Assembly (NCBI GenBank): GCA_034226945.1
Contig: CP120459.1
Coordinates: forward strand, 930,001 to 994,000
Length of the DNA stretch: 64,000 nucleotides
Direction of reading: 5' to 3'
From: Picochlorum sp. SENEW3
Taxonomy: Eukaryota
Shown: positions 24,715-34,217 of the stretch, piece after piece
Position numbering within the stretch: the first letter of the stretch is position 1
How the letters are laid out: each line of letters begins with the position of its first letter
Notes under the pieces: generated by a model
What the model saw: only the letters and a program-made list of their open reading frames with translations
Told to the model about the DNA's origin: nothing
Database searches by the model: none
Program-made: the position numbers and the translations under genes

Positions 24715-25999
24715 CTAGGCGCTGCCAGTATATCTCAAAAGGATGGCATCGTTCCCTAAGATAAGACCGTTTCCAGCCTGAGAAAACTTGATCTCGTACA
24801 AGTTTGCTGCAATATCATCTGTGGACTTGTCTCTCTTCCAGGTCTTGCCTCCATCGACAGTCTTGAACAGACTTCCACTTCCTCCACATGCGTATCCAAC
24901 GTCTGGGTTGACAAAGTTGACGTCGAGGATACCAAATCCACGGGATCCAATCCTGACCTGCTTGAAGGAGTCCTCCTTGTCTCTATCACCAATGTACAGG
25001 TCACCTCCTTTGAACGTTGCCCACAGCTTGTCTTCACCGACGAATCCCATTCCTTGAAGTCTACGAGTCACGGGTCTGTTGTGTGGCTGCCAGTAGGTCT
25101 GTCCTGGGGTCCATGTCATATAAAAGTTCCCTCGAGAGGACACAGCCACATAGTCCCCAGAGTTTGATCGTGCAACAGTGGAGAAGGATCCCTCATAGTA
25201 CGATGCACCAGAAATACCGGATGAAATGACGCGGTTAAGGGTCGCATCGACAGTCTCCTGGACAGCTGCAGTCCAGTTCAATGCGGCATTTGATGTCACA
25301 TAGATGGCACCCTGATCGGTAGTCATCTCTGCTGCACCTGGTCCGTCCAACGCTGTGATAATCTGAGGCGTTCCAGGAAGCTTTGAAGACAAAGGAATGC
25401 GCTCCCAATTCTTACCTCCATCAGTCGTATGAAGCAAGATGGCTGGCTTTCCAACAATCCAACCCTCATCTCCGTTGAATGAGATGGAGTTGAACCTATA
25501 ATTGAATCCCTCCTCGACAGCAGCGGCCACAGATCGTGGCTCCCATGTCTTCCCACCATCAAACGTCTCCAACAATGTCTGCTTCGTTCCGAGCAAAAAT
25601 CCATGGTTTGGATCCGTTCCTGTGAATCCAGCATCCAAAAGCACAACTCCAGGCTGGACCGGAAGATCCACCAACTCCCAATCAGAGGATACCAGGCGAT
25701 TTGCTTTAGCAGGCAAGGATGGTAACATCACGCTGGCACCAGCAACCAACATTCCTGATTGCAAGAGACCACGCCTTGTTGGCTCAACCACAGAGTCGTC
25801 CTCAGCCATCGCACGCGTGACCATTGCACCTCTTCTCCTGATCCCTATAGCATACGACATATGTAAAATAGACAGTAATAAAAAGGCTATGGTGGAATCA
25901 AATCCGCGTACCTTCATGGTGAGTCGATATCTTTGGAGCAGATGTGTGGCCTGAGACCAGGGAGACCTTTGGTCTCACGCTTGTCAGTACTGTATGCAT
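24715..25999 (-). CDS. HCF136: PSII assembly factor HCF136/Ycf48
   Basis: Tat signal (RRGLL..AKA), T-DGG-TW repeats and VSSRGNFY. Exon 1 25999..25912, intron 25845..25911. Confidence 0.95.
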
Positions 26000-26433
26000 G
26001 ATCGATGGGTGAAAAAGATATACAATATTTCTAGATGGCAGTACTCTATCACATTGTCACAATTAATGGCACATTTGATGGAGTTCATCTTTCGATCTTT
26101 TGCACTTTCTGGGTCATTCTGGACCATCCTATCAAAGGTGCTCTCTGACCGAGAGGTACTCTTGTACCTATGCTATGCTTGGAATTGGTCCATAGCTCCA
26201 TGATTGGCATCCTTGGGCAAGTACTTTTTTAAAAAAATTATAGAGTGCATTTGGGCAATGCATTACAGCATCTGATCTAGGTGTCTGGAGCATACTATTG
26301 AAAAAGTTCATGCCAGACATGCATGTGTGAGTTCGATTCCACATAAATTCTTCCACAAACTCCCTATCTCTACTGATATTGAGACACAGATAGATATAGT
26401 AATAGAAAGGTTTTGATAGTAATATAAACGAGT

Positions 26434-27199
26434 ATGCGTGCGTTGACAGAGGATGAGACCAGGTTGGTCTTTGAAAAGCTGCACAAGTTTATAGGGAAGA
26501 ATATCAAGGCGTTGGTGGATGGTAGTATGGATGATCAGAATTGTCTGAGGTTGCAAAAGGGTAGAGTATATTTTGTACGGGAAGATATTATGAAGAGGGC
26601 GACGAATGTGGCTAGGGATAAGTTGGTGTCTCTGGGGACATGTATTGGGAAATTTACACATAGTGGAAAGTTTCGTTTAACGATAGGATGCTTGGATGTG
26701 ATGGCTCGATATGCAAAATACAAGGTATGTGTGTGTGTTATATACATGGAGATGATGTGGGGAAACACAGGGGTGGCTCGATGATGTAAACACATTCATT
26801 TCAGTCTTCAATCCGAACATAGTCATGTGGATCTACAATGTTATATCCAACACTTGGACTGAGAGCCTTTTTACATGATGTACAACATGTACCCTAATGT
26901 GTATGTGTGTCAATTATAATGAAAGAAAGCATGTGTTGTGTATGCAGGTGTGGGTCAAGCCTTCAGCTGAAATGTCATTCTTGTATGGAAATCACATTGT
27001 CAAGAGTGGATTGGGTAGAATTACAGAGAATACGCCGTCATATACCGGGGTTGTGGTGTACTCCATGTCTGATATTCCCCTCGGGTTTGGTGTCACGGCA
27101 AAGTCCACAGGCGAGTGCCGGACGGCTGATCCAAATGCCATTGTAGTCTTCCATCAGGCAGACGTTGGCGAGTATTTGCGTGCCGAGGATGAAATGTAA
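26434..27199 (+). CDS. NIP7: 60S ribosome biogenesis protein NIP7
   Basis: [33 protein letters not shown] and [10 protein letters not shown] motifs. Intron 26725..26947. Confidence 0.96.
26775..26867 (+). ncRNA. Intronic box C/D snoRNA, predicted LSU rRNA 2'-O-methylation guide
   Basis: Terminal stem GGCTC/GAGCC, box C ATGATG (26781), box D CTGA (26859). The guide ATCCAACACTTGG is complementary to CCAAGUGUUGGAU of plant-type 25S rRNA (sequence recalled, not aligned). Confidence 0.85.
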
Positions 27200-27209
27200 A
27201 TTACAATAT

Positions 27210-28637
27210 TTATAACGATGATGATTTTGATGGCGCGACAACATCCACGCGTCTTCTAAAGGCATTGGCAATGGAATGAGATACATCATCCTGAGCAAGC
27301 CTGCCGACCAAGGTGCTCTGCAAATGTGTCTTCACGTCAGTCGAGAGCTTTGCTGCAGAGTCCGCACCCTGTACTATATTCTTAGGAATCTGGACAGTCA
27401 ACATGTAGGTTGCATCGTGTGTGGGTACCTGCTCGCCATCTTGCATCAATGAACCCCCTTCTCCCATGGCATTGTTGAGCACAGAAATCAACAGAGTTGA
27501 CCACTGGTCAATACGAGGTACCACCACCACACCTCGAGGACTTTCCTTCAAAAATGTGGCTAATCGATGCTGCACTTCCCCTCTCTCCATGGTATCAACC
27601 TGTCCAGTAACATCCAGCTTCATCACCATGGATGGAGGTGCAACAGCTGCCAGTTCATCTTCTGTGGTCCTACACGATGTTGCATCCGTGCATACAAACA
27701 TGGCCACATTTGCTTTATTTCGTGAAATCTTTCTAAAAGACCATACATCATCCAACGAGGACACAATACTCCCCCAATCAGGGGATTTCTCATCCAACCC
27801 AAGTACCGCATTCAACACAGCCCTATTCAGCACTTCCACGCTGCGCTCCTTCCCAGTCTGCTGCGTCGCCTTTTTCTCTTCTAAAAAAGACTGCAGGTTA
27901 TCAACCTTTTTCATCACACCATCCTTGGCACGCGAGACCTGCACCTTGGCCATATCCAACACCCACGCACTCTTTTGCCTCACAGCATCAATCACTTGCC
28001 CAGAAGACACATGTTCCACAAACGTCCCAACACCATGTACCTGATCAACCACAAATGCCTTGACCGCATCCCCACAACGATGCTCCTGACAATATGGCAT
28101 GACAGTCACAATCCCAGCAGACAAGACAAGCGACATCATCGCCCCACACACTCTGATCCACAAGTGCGTCCTCCGAGCCGCCTTTTTCTTCTTCTTCGTT
28201 TTCGTACTATCTACTTTATATGACCCAGCCTCGCTCGTAGACGATCGACGACGAGATGCCCTCTCTGGCAAAGGAGTGTGAATGGCTGTATCCATGGACA
28301 CAGCTGACGCCGCCGTGGTCTTCCTCCTCCCTGATGAAGGCTCCTCTCCACGAGAAGGAACACTTTCTGTTGATCCATAATGTGCCTTCAATGCTTCCCG
28401 AAGATCAACCAATTTCCTGCAACACACCCAGTCGCGTGAGTCAATCTTTCCAACCGTCAGTCCAAGACCCTACACCCACACGCCATCGTCCTCTTCGCAT
28501 ATACCTTATAGACAATTATATTCACATCCATCGCTGAATAAAGATACAAGAACGCACCCTTTCGCAGGAATCCCAACATCTTTGCAGGCGCGACGCACGT
28601 CATTATACGTCAGTGCATCAATTTCTGCTGCATCCAT
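27210..28637 (-). CDS. SAP-domain single-pass membrane protein with a LAP1/LULL1-like degenerate AAA+ domain
   Basis: Exon 1 (28637..28558) spliced over intron 28417..28557 gives LTYNDVRRACKDVGIPAKGKLVDLREAL (SAP-like). Basic NLS, one TM helix and a C-terminal AAA-like alpha/beta region follow. Confidence 0.65.
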
Positions 28638-28826
28638 GCTGATTATATGTACTATTCCTATTCCTACACAAGATTATTGATGATTTTGCAATGAATCAGT
28701 GTCCTGCTGACTGTTCCTTGAGAGGAACAATCGACGCATAACGACCATGTACATGCATCAAAATGTCCCATCAATGCATCTGTTTGATGGGAATGGTTAT
28801 ATTCTGTCTACCGACACGATCTTGTC

Positions 28827-29774
28827 TTGTACATACAAACATGCCTTCTCAATCACAGAAATCATGTGATAATGAATTATATACGACTACGTGCTCGTGT
28901 CGTATCGAGGCAGGGGCAGAATGGTGCTGTGAGGTGCTCGAGACATGCGAGACCGCATTATGCATTGTCTGAACAGCATAATGCTCGTATTGTAGCCCAT
29001 GAGAGCGACAGAGATCTCAAGGTTCGATTTGGATTTTCAGCTGGGGGGCTGCTATTTCCATTCTACATTGGAGTATGCCGTGGTTTGGAAGCATCAGGAT
29101 ACATGTCAGAGAGGACGAAATTAGCTGGGGCTTCTGCGGGGTCTTTGATTGCAGCATGTGTGAATTCTGGTCTGTCTATGGATACCGTATCAGACTTGTG
29201 TAGAGATTTGATGGAGGATTGTAGATTGCATGGCACTCGAGGGAGATTGGGTATAGTCTTGGAGCGTTTTCTGTCAGAGGCACTTCCTGTGGATGCGCAC
29301 GAGCGATGCACGAATAAGACGTTTGTGGCGGTGACGAATGCGTATTATGGAAAGGGAGAAAGATTTCCTCGCGTGCGTCCGGTGCTCGTGAGTGAATTTA
29401 AGGATAGGGAAGACTTGATACAGTGTCTGCTCACAAGTTGCCATATTCCTCTGTATATGGATGGCAGATTTGTGACTGAATTTCGAGGTCGAACGCATTT
29501 CGATGGCGGTGTGACCAATTTTATACCGTTGCCTCCAGGATCGGAGCCAGGGGTTCGAATTAGTTGCTTTGGTGCCAAGCAGCTTTCTTCAATCTATGAT
29601 ATTGGCATTGCCCCAGATGTGTTCGAGACATGGCCTCATTCCATCACTCAAATGGTGCAGTGGGCATTCTCTCCAGCAGATGACCATTATCAGAGAATGC
29701 TGATCGATAGAGGAGAGCAAGATGCGCTTCGATGGGCTGAAGAATTCGATAGACAGCACACAGCAACCAACTAA
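28827..29774 (+). CDS. Patatin-like phospholipase
   Basis: SAGGLLF, GASAG nucleophile elbow and DGG motifs. The real start may be the ATG of MNYIRL. Confidence 0.9.
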   Translation: MYIQTCLLNHRNHVIMNYIRLRARVVSRQGQNGAVRCSRHARPHYALSEQHNARIVAHESDRDLKVRFGFSAGGLLFPFYIGVCRGLEASGYMSERTKLAGASAGSLIAACVNSGLSMDTVSDLCRDLMEDCRLHGTRGRLGIVLERFLSEALPVDAHERCTNKTFVAVTNAYYGKGERFPRVRPVLVSEFKDREDLIQCLLTSCHIPLYMDGRFVTEFRGRTHFDGGVTNFIPLPPGSEPGVRISCFGAKQLSSIYDIGIAPDVFETWPHSITQMVQWAFSPADDHYQRMLIDRGEQDALRWAEEFDRQHTATN

Positions 29775-29775
29775 T

Positions 29776-30536
29776 TTAATGAATCATTTTTTTGGATAAT
29801 GTCACAATTCTACCCACGCGTGTCTGGCTTTCAGTCCAAGATTCATCGTCGCCATTCATCCTATCAAACCCAAATCCTTCATAGAGTGAGACCGCACTAG
29901 TATTGGCGAGTTCCACGTCGACTCGAAGCATCACAGCCCCCATGGTCTCTGCCTCGTCCTCAGCATACTTGAGCATTTTTTGTGCAATTCCCTGTCGTCT
30001 ATACTCTGGAATCACGACCACATTCTTGATATGTGCTACACTAGTTTGACCACGTACGATGTCCATTTCCAAGCACCCAACTACACTTGGAACAGAACTG
30101 CTGTGTTCCCCTCGTTGTGCACTGCAGGCAACAATATTGACAGCACTGCCCTGGCTGCTCTGCAACCGAAGAAACTCTTTTTCTGCAAACTGTTTCTTAT
30201 ACGATGCAATAAATCTACCAAAATGTTGTTCCTGTACAATAGTACACATGAAGAGATGTTCAGAATAACAGAATTCAAACCTCACCCTTGGAAAGAGCCG
30301 GATTGACTACATGTGGGTCGAACCTCATAGAAAGCATCCGCGCGCATCTGAGATATCATTCTCATATCATCCTCTGTATCCATATATTTAAGAAGTAATC
30401 CGTCATTGTATTGCTGCATTGACACGCGAGGTCGTATCAACGACCGAGCATGTCGTTTGGGCCCTTGACATGTCACATGTCGTCGTGCCACTGAGGTATG
30501 AAAACCCCCACGCTGATGAAGAGTATACACATTCAT
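29776..30536 (-). CDS. GNAT acetyltransferase (two exons)
   Basis: VVVIPEYRRQGIA and N..AVSLYEGFGF motifs. The upstream exon ends RADAFYE. Confidence 0.82.
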
Positions 30537-30621
30537 ATCACATAGATAAATACATTAATAATAATAATAATAACATGTGCTGGTCTAATAGATGTACATG
30601 GGTATCACAAGAATGAATACA

Positions 30622-31266
30622 TCACACAGCATGTTGGCTAGTGTCATGATTGCCCTGCTCATTTGCTGCTGCTTCTTCTGCGGCAATGGCGCTATCAGTG
30701 TGAGGAGGAACAGTATCAATATTAGTATTAGTATTACTACGAGTCACCGCATTGCTATTCAAATGAAGCTTGTTGACCAGCCTCTGCCGAAACACACTCT
30801 CCACACCATACCCCTGCCGTGTTGACACTGGAGCCTCTCGTAAACGCAACAATGACCCATACGCGTCTTCTCGCTCTAAAGAATCTAAAGTACACAGCTT
30901 GCTCGTGTCCACCGACAGACATACCTCACGTGCACCCTGTACCTTGTCCACAAATGCTGCCCTCCCTCCTGGGTGTTCCAACAAGCTTTGATACGCCCTT
31001 AATTCATCCGCAAGCACCCCAGTATCCGTCCGATCAGTTTCAGACTCATCTATAGGACCATGGGATAAATATTCAGTCTCGTCTTCGCCTGAGGATCCAG
31101 CCTCGGTGAAATCTCCAAACTCAAAATCGTCTTCATCGTGAGTTTCATTACTGTTGCCAAAGGTCTTTTCATCTACTGCTGTTGCTACTATTGGTTCTTC
31201 TGCCTTCTGTTCTATCTGTTTAAGGAGGTCATCATCACCGAGGATCGGAGAATCAGTCGCATCCAT
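30622..31266 (-). CDS. Unknown acidic protein with an FGDF motif
   Basis: 214-aa ORF with ATG start and DDFEFGDF. Confidence 0.6.
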   Translation of the reverse strand: MDATDSPILGDDDLLKQIEQKAEEPIVATAVDEKTFGNSNETHDEDDFEFGDFTEAGSSGEDETEYLSHGPIDESETDRTDTGVLADELRAYQSLLEHPGGRAAFVDKVQGAREVCLSVDTSKLCTLDSLEREDAYGSLLRLREAPVSTRQGYGVESVFRQRLVNKLHLNSNAVTRSNTNTNIDTVPPHTDSAIAAEEAAANEQGNHDTSQHAV

Positions 31267-31500
31267 TCGAACGACAAGGTGCGCAGCGTGAATCTCTCGT
31301 CGGTTACTGTGTCATACCTCGGCGGTACATGCTTTCTTTTACCTGTTTACAATATCAAATTAGGTGCAGTATGATTGTGTCACGACAGGATCCGTGCTTC
31401 TACATCGAATCCATGGAAAGAAGAAGCTGACAACGTCCACGGCTTCTACCACAGGTCGGTGACGCTCTCTTTGGGGGTACGACCATCGAAGTCGTGAGAG

Positions 31501-31679
31501 AGATCACTCCAACCCGTTGCGCAATCTTTACAGAGGGGTGCATCTCCCGATCCTGGCCATGCTGACGTCATCATCCCCCCTTGTTCATGGGTCTTCAGGC
31601 GGACATTCCCATCAATGGTTGTGTATGACCGAAGACGGTGTCATCCCGACCCGGAATCTCTCCCGGGTTCGAGTGATCT
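31501..31679. repeat. 16-bp inverted repeat bounding 179 bp (MITE-like)
   Basis: AGATCACTCCAACCCG (31501-31516) and CGGGTTCGAGTGATCT (31664-31679) match at 15/16 positions. GAG flanks both ends. Confidence 0.5.
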
Positions 31680-31809
31680 GAGACCCACCCACGATGGGTT
31701 CAAATGGTCAACCTCGTCACAAGGTAGGCTAGAATAATTCATTAATTCTACCTTGCACATTATAGTTTGAGTCACTGAAAAGGGCCAATCTTTGCTGCTC
31801 GAAACAAGA

Positions 31810-32556
31810 ATGTACATTGTCTCAGTGCTCCTCGGTCTGCTCTTCTCTGCCTTCACGGCGAGTGCCAAGAACGGCAAGGAATACATGAATCGCTCATGCC
31901 GTTATACCTGGATCTGCAATGATAAAGGATGCCTTGGAAAAAACATTGAACCATACTCCAGTACGTTGCCTGCTACAGCCTGATTCTGTCTGGTTCTGGC
32001 CACACACCTTCCTCCTTGTTCAGGGGGGTGGGGGGTCGAAGCGCGTGTGCCACACACCTGCGTGATTTCTGCTGTATGCCTTGTATGGTACTTTATAACG
32101 TTGCTCAAAAATATTTTATGTTGTATAGATTGCGATGGTAGCAAGAACTGCAAGTCTGACTTGGAGAATTGGGTTCTTGCTGGAGCAAGGAAGCAGTGGG
32201 GAAAGAAAGCTGTCCATTGGAAGGCTCGATACAATTTGGAAAAGGAGAGAAACTGGTCCAAGATGTGGAAGGAGTTCCCATGGCTGAAGAGGGATATCAT
32301 CAAGACCATTAAAGATGTCAGAAAATACGGATACAAGGTCAAGTACAACCCACCAAAGGTGGAGGACATTGTCTCCAGAGTCTGTGTGGCCTCCAGCACG
32401 GGAAGGAAAAAGGGAATGAACAAGCGAACGATGCTCGTCAGCTTGAATCCAAATGCCGTCAAGTACCCAACAGGAGATGAGAAGACACGTACATACTTCA
32501 GGGCATACTCTGTCAAGGGTAGAACTGACGGATTTGTGTCTGCTAAGAAGCATTGA
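31810..32556 (+). CDS. Unknown secreted Lys/Trp-rich protein, copy 1 (192 aa)
   Basis: Signal peptide MYIVSVLLGLLFSAFTASA. Exons 31810..31960 and 32129..32556 join in frame via a GT-AG intron. Confidence 0.85.
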
Positions 32557-33194
32557 GAAACATGCCGTTGAGACCATATCACTTCAATTGAATAAATAAA
32601 CTCAAAAATGGCCAAGACATGCCAAGAACCAAGTAGTATTACTATGCAGTAAAGATATTATTGCTGGTGATCATGGATGGTCTCTCCTGTGGGCAGAGCA
32701 TCGTATTCACACATCATATTTTGCTATTTTTCATGCTTACACATTGCATCTCTGTAATTTAAAGCACATTAGCGTTTGTGTAGTATGCGAACTGATTCTC
32801 CAGTCCAACGACCGTATGTATCTAGGCATTGTTGAAGCAACATTGTCAGCAGTCTGCCATGCATGTGAGGTCTGTTTCTCGAATGTCGAGGTTCTCGGTG
32901 CAGGCTAAAATGAAATGTGCAAATCGATAGTGACATTGAAGTGTGTCACCAAAAGCGGCTGAGAGGCAAAACATGGTATATCGGAAGCTCCCTGTCTAGA
33001 GCTTCAGCTGTCTGAAGATGTACATGTCCACGTCAGGAGGCGCGTCCTGGCTCGTAGATTCTGGTCGAGTCACCCACGATGAGTTCAAATCATCGACCCC
33101 GTCACGAGCGAGACTACAATAATTCATTAATTGTACCTTAAAAATCATAGTGAAAATCACTGAAAAGTGCCAATCTTTGTTGTTCGGAACAAGA

Positions 33195-33919
33195 ATGTAC
33201 ATTGTCTCAGTGCTTCTCGGTCTGCTCTTGTCGGCCTACACGGCGAGTGCCAAGGACAGCGGCAAGGGATACATGAATCGTTCATGCCGTTATACCTGGA
33301 TTTGCAATGATAAAGGATGCCTTGGAAACGACATTGAACCATACTCAAGTACGCTGCCTGCTACTGTCTTATTCTGGCCAGACGCCTCTAGGGGGGGTCC
33401 GTAGCGCGTCCGCCTCATACCTGCGTGATTTCCGCCGTATGCCTTGCATAGTACTTTATAACATTGCTCAAAATATTTTGATGTTGTGCAGACTGCAATG
33501 GAGACAAGAACTGCAAGTCTGACTTGGAGAATTGGAGGCTTGCTGGAGCAAGGAAGCAGTGGGGAAAGAACTCTGTCCAATGGAAGGCTCAGTACAATTT
33601 GGAAAAGAAAGCAAACTGGGCCAAGATGTGGAAATCATACCCGTGGCTGAAGAAGGATATCGTCAAGACCATTAAAGATATCAGAAAGTACGGATACAAG
33701 GTCAAGTACAACCCACCAAAGGTGGAGGACATTGTCTCCAGAGTCTGTGTGGCCTCCAGCAAGGGAATCAAAAAGGGAATGAACAAACAAACCATGCTCG
33801 TCAGCTTGAATCCAGATGCCATCAAGTACCCAACAGGAGATGAGAAGACACGTACATACTTCAGGACATACTCTGTCAAGGGTAGAACTGACGGATTTGT
33901 ATCGGCCAAACAGCATTGA
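33195..33919 (+). CDS. Unknown secreted Lys/Trp-rich protein, copy 2 (193 aa)
   Basis: Exons 33195..33348 and 33492..33919. Intron position and phase match copy 1, and the frame is intact. Confidence 0.85.
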
Positions 33920-34217
33920 GAAACATGCCGCTGAGACCACATGACCATATTACTTCAATGAAGGAAACCCAAATACGGCCAAGACATATCAAGAACCAAG
34001 TAGTATGTACTAGAGATATTAACGCAACGGTGTCATTATTGCTCGTGATTACATGATGTTCTTTCCTGTGGACAGAACATCGTATCACCTCCATGTTTGA
34101 TTCACACATCATATTTTGCTATTTTTCATTCTAAAACTTTGCGTGTATCTGTAATTAAAATTAAAAGCACAAAAAGTATCCCATAGTGTGAGGCTCATTC
34201 CATTGTGTATCCAGGCA

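Larger units (their letters stand above)
31685..34170 (+). repeat. Diverged tandem duplication, period about 1.39 kb
   Basis: ~31685-32770 aligns with ~33070-34170 across promoter, both exons, intron and 3' flank (cacacatcatattttgctatttttca in both). Confidence 0.92.

Noticed and set aside
26100..26345. Several small hairpins and an imperfect C/D pair upstream of NIP7
   Set aside because: Degenerate box C, no terminal stem and no guide adjacent to box D.
28417..28557. Possible C/D snoRNA in a 141-nt intron
   Set aside because: Poor box C, and only ~9 nt of rRNA complementarity with mismatches next to box D.
31420..31715. RNase P/MRP- or SRP-like reading of the minus strand (GGGAATGTCCG; CCAGG-ATC-GGGA-GAT-GCA)
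   Set aside because: Key conserved residues are missing, and 9-bp G-U helices are expected by chance.
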